Part shown: in pieces, positions 1 through 10,132 of the stretch | How the letters are laid out: each line of letters opens with the position of its first letter | How positions within the stretch are numbered: the stretch's first letter is position 1 | NCBI GenBank assembly: GCA_964016885.1 | Contig: OZ024743.1 | Coordinates: forward strand, 367,846,001-367,910,000 | Source: Eledone cirrhosa | Taxonomy: Eukaryota | Length of the DNA: 64,000 nucleotides | Reading direction: 5' to 3' | Position numbers and translations under genes: made by a program | The notes under the pieces: model-generated | The model's input: only the letters and a program-made list of their open reading frames with translations | What the model was told of the DNA's origin: nothing | The model's database searches: none

Positions 1-1358
1 AGGGCTCTGTTCTTAGCCCTCTCCTGTTCATCATAGTCCTGCAGGCAATAACGGAGGAGTTTAAGACCGGATGCCCATGGGAACTCCTGTATGCTGATGA
101 CCTCGCACTCATAGCTGAATCTATGGTAGAACTAGAGAATAAATTCCAAACCTGGAAGCAGGGACTAGAGAGAAAGGGCCTCAAAGTCAACATGACAAAG
201 ACTAAGGTCCTTATAAGTAGACGAGAAAACAGAACCCAGATCCCCTCAGGGAAATGGCCTTGCTCAGTATGTAGGAAAGGTGTAGGTAGGAACTCCATTC
301 TCTGCCACAAATGCAAACAATGGGTACACAAGAGATGTAGCGGGATCTCAGGAAGCTTAATTAAGAATGTAGGATTCACATGCAGCAGCTGTGCTGAAAC
401 AGCAAGCAAACAGCCACAGGACACAAGTACCACCAATCTCTGGGAGGGCCCTGTAGAAACAGTAGACAGCTTCTGCTACCTAGGTGACCGAATTAGCAAC
501 GGAGGTGGGTGCTCAGAAAGTACAATAACTAGGGTAAGAACGGGATAGAAGAAGTTTAGGGAACTACTACCACTGCTAGCTGCAAAAGGCTTCTCCCTCA
601 GAATGAAAGGCAGACTGTATGATGCGTGTATCCGAACAGCGATGTTGCATGGTAATGAGACCTGGGCGCTGAAGGTGGAAGACTTACGTAGATTAGAGAG
701 AAACGAAGCCTGCATGCTCCGATGGATGTGTAACAGTAATATACGTGAACGACAAAGCATAAAGGAATTGAGAGAGAGACTGAGCATAAGAGGAATCAAA
801 TGCTGCGTGCAGGAGAGGCGGTTACGCTGGTATGGACATGTGATGCGTATGAAGGATGACAGCTGCATAAAAAGGTGCAGAGCACTAGAAGTTGATGGAA
901 ACCGCGGAGTGGGGAGACCCAAGATGACTTGGGATGAGGTGATAAAAGCCGACCTTACCCATCTACACCTCTCAAAGTCAATGACACACGACCGTGACTT
1001 CTGGCGTCACGCAGTAATACAGGGTACCCGACCTCCCATGGGTACATGCTGAAGCATATAAACAATATGCCCCCCCCCCCCACCGCAAGGTGGTCGTGGA
1101 GGTGCCACGGCAAAAAAGCACCCAGCCCACACTGTAAAGTGGACGTGTAGGCGCCACGAAAAAGCACCCAGCACTCACTGTAAATGAAGTTGGTGTTAGG
1201 AAGGGCATCCAGCTGTAGAAATCAAGCCAGATCAGTTCCTGTATGAGCAAGGCATGGTCAGCCGACCAGACACTGCCCACAACAGGACAACCCGTCTAAC
1301 CCATGCTAGCGTGGAAGAACGGACGTAAAACGGTGATGATGATGATGATGATGATGAT
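1..1358 (+). mobile_element. RTE-clade LINE 3' portion (RT, PHD-like finger, C-terminus) with composite 3' UTR ending in (GAT)n
   Basis: Translates [33 protein letters not shown]. Premature TAG at 546-548 (W codon in homologs). Tail ...ggacgtaaaacggtgatgatgat. Homologous to the 44416-46596 ORF. Confidence 0.93.
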
Positions 1359-1359
1359 T

Positions 1360-1535
1360 CTAAGGTGGACTGAAGAAGAAATATCCAAGTTGGATAGAAA
1401 GATGAGAAAGTTAATGACATTGTATAGAGATTTACACCCTAAAGCAAATATAGATTGTACATGAAGAGAAAGAATGATGGTAGAGGTCTCAGTGTTGACT
1501 ATTGTATAAGAAGTGAAAGGAGAATGCTTGCAGAA
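1360..1535 (+). mobile_element. R4/Dong-like (RLE-type) LINE fragment, part 1
   Basis: Reads LRWTEEEISKLDRKMRKLMTLYRDLHPKANID...GRGL...RRMLAE and continues in frame at 2965 after removing the Helitron. Confidence 0.8.
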
Positions 1536-2964
1536 TCTATAATATTATAAAGCTGAGTGCCGTGTGTATGTATTATGTATGTATCCTACACACCTCCCTA
1601 TAGTTTCTTAGCTTTACTCTCTCCGTCGCTCGTCCCTCTCTCTATAATAGATCATTCCCTCTCTCTATAATTTAACTGCTTTACTCTCTGTCTCTCTTCA
1701 CTCTCTATATGACAACACTCTTTTACTTTCCGTATCTACCTTCAATATATCAATATATACCCAGGTTCTGCTGCACATTGGGCTGAGGGGACCAAACTCC
1801 TCAAATACTGGTCGCTCTCCGACAGGTTTGCGGTCGTACCCCTGGCAGTGGAGACTTCTGGTGTCCTCGGCCCCAGGGCTACCTCCTTGCTCACCACCAT
1901 AGGCGCTGAGGTGACCTGCCACAGATGTGAGTCCCGCGAGTTGGAGTGGCTTTTCCAGTGCGTCTCCCTTGCCGTCCTCCAGGGAAACGCATTCTCCATT
2001 CTGTCCGCCGGGGCTGTGGGTGGGCCCCATCTCGTAGCGTTGTAGTTGTTGTATACAGATATTAACTCATCAATCCCATTATTTATATCATATATCAACA
2101 TAGAGATGAGCATCGTATGTATGTTTATTTCAAAAGGATAACCTCCTTCAAATTCGGTCAACACACAAGCAGGTAATACATACATCAAAAGGCAACCCTC
2201 TTAGAGAGACAGAGAGTGAAAGAGACAGATTAGGAACACTACACACACACACACACATTTAAAGAGAGAGGAGAGAGAGACAGGGAAAGAGAAACAGAGG
2301 GATGGGCAAGCAGGTAATACATACATCTAAAATCATTTGGATACAAATATCATAATATAATGGTTGCAGAACGAAAATACAGACAAATATAATAATGTAT
2401 GTATCCCACACACTTTTTCTGTCATCGCTCGCATAAGTAACACACACTCACCACACACACACACACACACACACAAATACACATACTTTCACACCTGATT
2501 TCGCCAATTGCCGGATAACATCAAAACAAAACACACAAACACACACATACACAAACACAAACACACATATCTATACTTTATATGTATATATGTATGCATG
2601 TATGTATGTAAGATCATTCCCCCCTCTTTATAATTTAACTGCTTTACTCTCTCTGTCGCTCTTCACTCTCTATATGACAACACTGTTTTGTTTCCGTATC
2701 TCCCTTCAATATATACACATAGAGAGAGAGAAAGAGAGAGATTTAGAGAAAGATTAGGAAAACTACACACACACATCTACAGAGAGAGACAGAAAAACAG
2801 TGAGAGATAGAGCGTTAGACATAGAGAGATACAATTAAAGTGTTAGTTATTCAGAGAGAGAGAGTTGTAAGGACAATGTGACACGGGAGGGTGTGTGGTA
2901 TCTTTGCAGTGGAGTGGTGGGGGCAGGTATACCTAGCCGGGTGCCAGCCGGATGGGCCAGCTAG
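1536..2964 (+). mobile_element. Non-autonomous Helitron
   Basis: Starts TCTATAATATTATAAAGCTGAG. Ends with a GC-rich CCGG..CCGG hairpin then GCTAG. Inserted between A(1535) and T(2965) with no TSD, splitting the host LINE frame (MLAE|YLINSDEKLL). Internal ~110-bp duplication (about 1650-1760 and 2610-2715). Confidence 0.85.
1761..2045 (+). pseudogene. CRE-like retrotransposon C-terminal restriction-like endonuclease fragment inside the Helitron
   Basis: GC-rich island reading PGSAAHWAEGTKLLKY...FAVVPLAVETSGVLGPRA...LFQCVSLAVLQGNAFSIL, which resembles the VP.AVET.G..G and S.A.Q.GNA motifs of CRE-clade RLE domains. Confidence 0.7.
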
Positions 2965-3600
2965 TATTTGATAAACAGTGATGAAAAGTTGTTACAATAT
3001 GCAACAGAAGAGTATAAATGCAAGATGAAATGGCTTATAAGAAAGTGTTTAACCAAAGAAATGAAGAGTAAAGAAGATCTGGAAATGAGAATGCATAATC
3101 GGTTTGAAATAAATAAACAGGGTATCATGAATAAAATAACATCGTGGACATGGCTTAAGCAAGGGAATTTGAAATGTACCACTGAAAGTTTTACAATTGC
3201 AGCACAAGACCAAGCTCTTCCTACCAATTCAATGATATATAACATCTATAAAACTTCTGGCACCTAGAAATACAGACTCTGTGAAAAGAATGTGGAAAAT
3301 GTAACCCACTTGGTAAATGGATATGAGAGTCTTGTGCAAAAAAAAAAAAATACAAACACCACCATGATAAACTCTGTTTGTACCTTCATTGGCTGTTATG
3401 TTGTAAATATCAATATGAAGTAATAGAGAATTGGTATGAGCATGTGCCTTGTATAGTAAGACAGGAGGATGGGAAAACAATGATAATCTAGGATTATGAT
3501 TTTCAGACTGATAGAGTAATTGAGCGTTGCCAACCACATTGTCATTTTGAACAAGACAAATACTGTGAGATCATTGACGTAGCCATACCAAATGACATGA
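2965..3600 (+). mobile_element. R4/Dong-like LINE fragment, part 2 (Zn knuckle and RLE remnant)
   Basis: WLKQGNLKCTTESFTIAAQDQALPT..RLCEKNVENVTHLVNG, then DFQTDRVI and IIDVAIPND remnants, with stops and frameshifts. Confidence 0.8.
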
Positions 3601-3624
3601 ATAATAATAATAATAATAATAGTA

Positions 3625-4577
3625 ATGGTTTCTTATATAGGCACAAGGCCAGCAATTATTCCAGTGCATTACTGGTACTTTATTTTATCGACCCCGTAAG
3701 GATGAAAGGCAAAGTTAACCTCGGCGGGATTTGAACTCAGATCATAAAAGGCTGTAACTCTATGCTGCAAAGCATGGCGTCCGACCCTCTACCGGTGCTG
3801 CCAATCCAAATAATTGTTTCTACTTTAGGCACAAGGCCAGCAATAACCCAGTGCATTACTGGTACTTTATTTTATCGACCCCGTAAGGATGAAAGGCAAA
3901 GTTAACCTCGGCGGGATTTGAACTCAGATCATAAAAGGCTGTAACTCTATGCTGCAAAGCATGGCGTCCGACCCTCTACCGGTGCTGCCAATCCAAATAA
4001 TTGTTTCTACTTTAGGCACAAGGCCAGCAATAACCCAGTGCATTACTGGTACTTTATTTTATCGACCCCGTAAGGATGAAAGGCAAAGTTAACCTCGGCG
4101 GGATTTGAACTCAGATCATAAAAGGCTGTAACTCTATGCTGCAAAGCATGGCGTCCGACCCTCTACCGGTGCTGCCAATCCAAATAATTGTTTCTACTTT
4201 AGGCACAAGGCCAGCAATAACCCAGTGCATTACTGGTACTTTATTTTATCGACCCCGTAAGGATGAAAGGCAAAGTTAACCTCGGCGGGATTTGAACTCA
4301 GATCATAAAAGGCTGTAACTCTATGCTGCAAAGCATGGCGTCCGACCCTCTACCGGTGCTGCCAATCCAAATAATTGTTTCTACTTTAGGCACAAGGCCA
4401 GCAATAACCCAGTGCATTACTGGTACTTTATTTTATCGACCCCGTAAGGATGAAAGGCAAAGTCAACCTCGGCGGGATTTGAACTCAGATCATAAAGGGA
4501 CGTAACTATGCTGGAAAGCATGGCGTCCGACCCTCCACCGATACTGCCAATCCACCGCCAATACTGCCAATCCAAAT
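3625..4577 (-). repeat. Head-to-tail tandem array of five 187-bp tRNA-derived SINE units
   Basis: ccagtgcattactggtac recurs at 3661, 3848, 4035, 4222 and 4409 (period 187). The minus strand has a B-box GAGTTCAAATCCC and the central GCCTTTCATCCTTACGGGGTCGATAAAATAAAGTACC (Meta-domain-like). Confidence 0.92.
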
Positions 4578-5654
4578 AATGATGATGAGGATGATGATCT
4601 GGAACACGTGACTGGACAGCCAGAAGCCACCACATCTGCAGACTAAAAGCTTTCTAATAGCTGTGACTCACAAAATCAAGCACACATCCACTTCCTCCTC
4701 CTCCTTTTCCTCCTCCTCATCATCATTAACATCTGTTTTCTGTGATAGCAAGGGTTGGGCATGTCATCACAGACCAAATCAGTTCTTAATCAGAGCCACT
4801 GATTGATCAAATAGGCTGGGACCTCATCTCACTTACATACATTCCTACACTCAGTGTGTATGGCATTTTATCATACAAAAAAATCAAAATATTACAGATT
4901 TTTTCTAAACAGTTGAGTACAAATAGAGAATTTGATGATATGGATACTCAAGACTTTTCATGTTAAATTATGTTAAATTATATATATTCCCATGGTATTT
5001 TCTTTTGTTTTTCCTTTTATAATAGAAAAAAGTTTACTTTGTAGTTTAATAAATGGTTACTAGTATGAAAACTTAAATGCTATTAGCACAAATTTGAAAA
5101 ATTCAAACAAATATTTGTTTCAAAAATTGAACACTATTTACAAGGGTACTTCAAGAGGAATAACTCATTTTTGGATATATCAGCTGATAGCTTAACAGAA
5201 AAATGTTCCAGAAACTTACAATAAATTCTGTTTTGCTGATTTTATTGATTATCTTTGGTGACTTTTTAGATCAAGCTGCTAGCTAGAATTGCTCAACTTT
5301 GAAAATATTCAATAGAATCAATGATTTTGGTTTTTGGTATTCACTGTTATTCAAGATCCTTATCCTCTTTTTGTCTCCATTCCCTGCTGCCCAGCTTCTT
5401 TTATTTCCTATCTTCTTTAATCCAGTATTTGTTTCCCCCATCTCCCCTCCCCATCACTTTCATCCATTCCTTCTTTATTGCTCTCTTCCTTCCTATAACT
5501 TAATTGTGCCCCCCATCTATCTCCTACATTTCCTTTCTCTTTTAATTCTTATCATCAGCATTATCATTATCATTTCATCAGCACTATCAACATCAAAGCT
5601 AAAGCCATGGACCTTGGCACCAACACCATCACCATTATCATTATTATCACTATA

Positions 5655-6285
5655 AGGGCGGTGAATTGGCAGTATTGGTAGAGGGTCAGACATGCTTTCC
5701 AGCGTAGTTACGTCCCTTTACGATCTGAGTTAAAATCCCGCCGAGGTTAACTTTGCCTTTCATCCTTATGGGGTCGATAAAATAAAGTACCAGTAATACA
5801 CTGGAAAATTCCTAGCCTTGTGCCAAAAGTAGAAACAATTATCATTATTGTCGGACGCCATGCTTTCCAGCATAGTTACGTCCCTTTACGATCTGAGTTC
5901 AAATCCCGCCGAGGTTGACTTTGCCTTTCATCCTTACGGGGTCGATAAAATAAAGTACCAGTAATGCACTGGGTAATTGCTGGCCTTGTGCCTAAAGTAG
6001 AAACAATTATTATCACTATCATAATGTCCGATGTTCTAACTCTAACAATACTGCCAATCCAAGGGCAGTGGATTGGCAGTATTGTTAGAGCATCAGGCAT
6101 TATGCTTTGCAGCATATAGTTACAGCCCTTTACATTCTGAGTTCAAACCGAGGTTAGCTTTGCATTTCATCCTTACATGGTTGATAAAATAAGCACCAGC
6201 AATGCACTAGGGTGGATATAATCGACTTCCCTCCCACCTGACCAAACAAAATTGTTGGCCTTGTACCTAAATCAGAAACTATCAT
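5655..6285 (+). mobile_element. Cluster of three copies of the same tRNA-derived SINE
   Basis: Repeated ggattggcagt...gagttcaaatcccgccgagg...gtcgataaaataaagtacc...ggccttgtgcc, with ATT-rich tails. Confidence 0.85.
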
Positions 6286-6859
6286 TACTGCCATCTTTAA
6301 TGTCATCAATATATCATTATCAACATCTTCAATCTCACCACCAACACTCAATATTACCCCCTTTATTTCTTTATTACTACCACTACTCCTGTTATCATCA
6401 TCATCAATATTACCACCACCACCATCATTATCATTATCATCACCTTCATCCCTACCATCACCACCATCAGCTTCATTATCAACACTACCACCATTTCTTT
6501 CTTAAATTGGGCATACATTTATCGAAGAGGGATACAGTAGATTAAATTTGGTACTTATTATATCAACACTAGAGAAATGAAAAACAAAGTTGACCTCAAT
6601 AAGATTTGAACTCAGACCATATATACAAATACCACAAGGTACCCTGCAATAACAATGGTTTTAATTTAAGCATAAGGCCAGCAATGTTGAGGGGAGGAGG
6701 AACTCAATTAAATTGACTGATACTTTATTTTATTAACCTTGGAATGATGAATGGCAAAGTTGACATTGATGGGATTTGAACTCAGAATATAAAGAACAAA
6801 TACTACTAAGTGTTTCTCCAAAGCTCTCTTATGACACAACCAATGCACTGCAGTAATAA

Positions 6860-7036
6860 TTGTTTCTACTTTTAGCACAAGACCAGCAATTACCCAGTAC
6901 ATTACTGGTACTTTATTTTATCGACCCCGTAAGGATGAAAGGCAAAGTTAACCTCGACGGGATTTGAACTCAGATCATAAAGGGACGTAACTATGCTGCA
7001 AAGCATGGCGTCCGACCCTCTACCGATACTGCCAAT
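6860..7036 (-). mobile_element. tRNA-derived SINE copy (older copies at about 6500-6850)
   Basis: Matches the 187-bp unit. Confidence 0.85.
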
Positions 7037-8133
7037 AGTAACTAGATCCATGGAAATTTCACATTTCATAAATTCTTTATATTTCTATTTTGCTACTAAG
7101 TTTTATAGATCTTCATAACATTGTTTTAAAGATTTTAGTGGTTGTTGATAAGAAGGACATCCAGTTATAGGAAACCTGCCAAACAAAGGGTCAGGAAAAC
7201 TCTTAAACTGTTTCAAAGACAAGACAACTTCTCTAGTGGGGGGGGGGGGGCTACAATAAAATATATTCAGTTGTGTGAGGTAACGTATGTTGGGCCCCTG
7301 GCCTGTTCCAACAATTGCTAGAATATGGATAAGTATGTAACAGATATGCTTGCCCTCAACCCACCAGGAAGGCAGTGGCTCTGCTTGCATATTAACCGGT
7401 CTGTAACAATACATTTAACTCTTGCTTGTAAGGAAAATGATGATAATGATGATGATGATGATTTTTTTCTATAGGTAAGGTTGTCTAAAGTGCAACATTC
7501 AAACGTGTCACATTATGTCTTTGATTTCGTTCCATAGTTAAAGTTTTTTACAACATAACATTTAAAAATACAAAAGCCAAACAAGCAAAATGATAGTGTA
7601 GATAATGATTTTTTGAATTACTACAGGAGCAAAATGATACACATAAACAGTATGTGGGAGCTGGTTACAAGGTGTTAGAAATAGTGATAATCAGAATTTT
7701 GGTTTTGTATTGAATACATGAACTGAAAGAAAGCCGACTTATATGAAGATGATGGTGATGAAGCAAATAGTGGTGGCAGGGAGGTGGTAGCAATAGTAGA
7801 GGTGATGGCAGTGGAGGTGGTGATAGTGGAGATGGTGGCAGTGGAAGTGGAAGTAGTTGAGGTGGGAGCTGGGGAGGTTATGATAGTGGAGAAGGTGGAG
7901 GTGGCAACAGCTGAGGTGGTGGCAGTGGAGGTGGTGAGGATAATGGGGGTGGCAGCAGTAAAAATAACGACAAACAATTATGAGACCTAGAAATGGATAT
8001 ATATCTATAATGTGAGGAATGATAACAGAATCCCTATAATATTAAGTGACTTGGGAATGGTAAAAAGAGATGTGACAACATTTTCTGAGTAATGATTGAC
8101 AGTATCACAAGTTAATAAAGTAATATTTCAATA

Positions 8134-8439
8134 TATCAAATAAGAGTAGTTAAGACTAGATTATTTCACCATAAATGCTTTATTGCTTGATATATATTTC
8201 TGTTACATGGTTATGCATGTGACTTCATCAGATGCTTATGATATCATAGTCATGTGTCGCTGGTGATGTATTAACATCCAGTTGTGATGCCAGCGACATA
8301 GCCCAATGATTGCATTACTACACCTATGATTGCATAGGAATCTGATAAAGTCACATGCATAACTATGTAATAGAAATATATATCACGCAATACAGTAATT
8401 ATGGTGAAATAATCCTGTTTTAACTACTTTCATTTGATA
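8134..8439. repeat. Diverged fold-back element with a hammerhead motif in each arm
   Basis: Arms at about 8134-8262 and 8289-8439 are imperfect inverted repeats. The right arm core is mutated (CTGATAA at 8342). Confidence 0.75.
8189..8236 (-). ncRNA. Minimal type-I hammerhead ribozyme motif
   Basis: Minus strand: gcat CTGATGA agtcacatg cataac catgtaaca GAAA tatatatc (stem II partly mismatched, palindromic AT stem III). Confidence 0.65.
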
Positions 8440-8568
8440 AATAAATACTCTGTAACTCCTAATCTCCAACTTTTAGCTGAGATAAACTACTGACGAGTCT
8501 TTTGGATCGGAAGACTTATCCTCAAGAAGTTACAACATAACAACTGTGTATAAGCAACTTATCTTCTG

Positions 8569-8617
<49 letters not shown>

Positions 8618-8689
8618 GAAAAGTTGAAAAATTCAACACACCATGAAATACAATGAAGATATATAATAGTTTCATGCTTAATATAGTAG

Positions 8690-8732
8690 AAAAGTCTTAA
8701 TGTTTCAGGCACTAGTCCTTCATCAGGAAATA
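8690..8732 (-). ncRNA. Minimal hammerhead ribozyme motif (degenerate)
   Basis: Minus strand: CTGATGA agg actagtg cct GAAA catta, in a (TA)n-flanked island at about 8594-8886. Stem I is poor. Confidence 0.55.
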
Positions 8733-8967
8733 GAATAAGAAATTAAAGAAATAGAAAGATAGAGGAGAGTGAAAGGATGTAGAAACGAAAAGAATTTTTT
8801 GAGAAAAAGCAGGTCTGTTCATTTATGAAGTAATTAACTATAAAATACTAACAACAATTACCAATACTATTTTATTTTACTTTCCAATATATATATATAT
8901 GTGCTCCTGCATTGAAACGTTCATAGAGTAAAATAATGTTGTAAATCTTAACTGGTTGTTCATTATT

Positions 8968-9777
8968 GGTGGTTTGGCAGTATCGGTAGAGAGTCGGACA
9001 CCATGCTTTGAAGTATAGAGTTACGGCCCTTTATGATCTAAGTTCAAATCCCGCCGAGGTTAACTTTGCCTTTCATCCTTACGGGGTCGATAAAATAAAG
9101 TACCAGTAATCATCATCACCGTTTTACGTCCGTTCTTCCATGCTAGCATGGGTTAGACGGGTTGTCTTGATGTGGACAGTGTCTGGTCGGCTGACCATGC
9201 CTTGCTCATACAGGAACTGATTTGGCTTGATTTCTACAGCTGGATGCCCTTCCTAACACCAACCTCATTTCAGTGAGTGCTGGGTGCTTTTTCGTGGCAA
9301 CTACACGTCCACTTTACAGTGTGGGCTGGGTGCTTTTTTGCCGTGGCACCTCCACGACCACCTTGCAGTGGGAGGGTGTGGGGGCATGTTGTCTATATGC
9401 TTCAGCTTGTATCTATGGGAGGTCGGGTACTCTGAGGTCACGGTCGTGTGTCATCGCCTTTGAGAGGTGTAATTGGGTAAGGTCGGCTTTAATCACCTCA
9501 TCCCAGGTCTTCTTGGGTCTCCCTACTCCGCGGTTTCCATTGACCTCTAGTGCTCTGCACCTTTTTATGCAGCTGTCATCCTTCATACGCATCACATGTC
9601 CATACCAATGCAACCTCCTCTTCTGCACACAGCATTTGATTCCTCTTATGCTCAGTCTCTCTCTCAATTCATTTATGCTTTGTCATTCGCGTATATTACT
9701 ATTACACATCCATCGGAGCATGCAGGCATAATGTACTGGGTAATTGCTGGCCTTGTGCCTAAAATAGAAACAATTAT
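8968..9777 (+). mobile_element. tRNA-derived SINE split by an antisense RTE insertion
   Basis: The SINE stops at gtaccagtaat (9110) and resumes at taatgtactgggtaattgctggcc (9729). Confidence 0.8.
9111..9727 (-). mobile_element. 5'-truncated RTE with the same composite 3' UTR as 1-1358
   Basis: Reverse complement of about 705-1340. ORF 9413-9667 reads RRLHWYGHVMR. Confidence 0.9.
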
Positions 9778-10132
9778 TTTATATATATACATCAAATGAA
9801 GCAACGGAGTTAGAAACTTGCGTTTATTCCTGTAATTTAATGAGCTCAAAGGAAAAATTTCCTGGGCTCTTCAAAATATAATATAGAGAGGAGAATACAC
9901 AAGAGAATGTGTTTTCAATTACAGCGGGTATAAGGCCACTAGACTGAAAAATATAAAACTATGAAAGTTATGGGAAATACATTATAATTGAATAGATAAA
10001 TTAAAATGAAATAACCCACCTTTATAACCATAAATCACACATGTACAGACTCACAAAGATAATGTTTCACCATAAATTAGTGTGGGAATCATATCAACTC
10101 ATGGATCTTCAGCATATATATGGCTGTGTGTA

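Noticed and set aside
476-922. Long antisense ORFs over RTE copies (also 42106-42654 and 46020-46823)
   Set aside because: Shadow frames of the RT coding strand.
3625-4577. CRISPR-like array or tRNA gene cluster
   Set aside because: Units are fully repeated with no unique spacers, there are no cas genes and no cloverleaf. The unit equals a dispersed SINE with TSDs.
5215-5300. Possible minus-strand host exon ending in GTAAGT
   Set aside because: All frames from the plausible acceptors contain stops.
8490-8520. CTGACGA-gtctt..aagac hammerhead-like start
   Set aside because: No GAAA follows stem II; at most a truncated remnant.
9830-9875. Degenerate hammerhead candidates here (minus), at 13615-13675 (minus) and at 20060-20095 (plus)
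   Set aside because: Core nucleotides are missing or stems do not pair, so they cannot be supported by eye.
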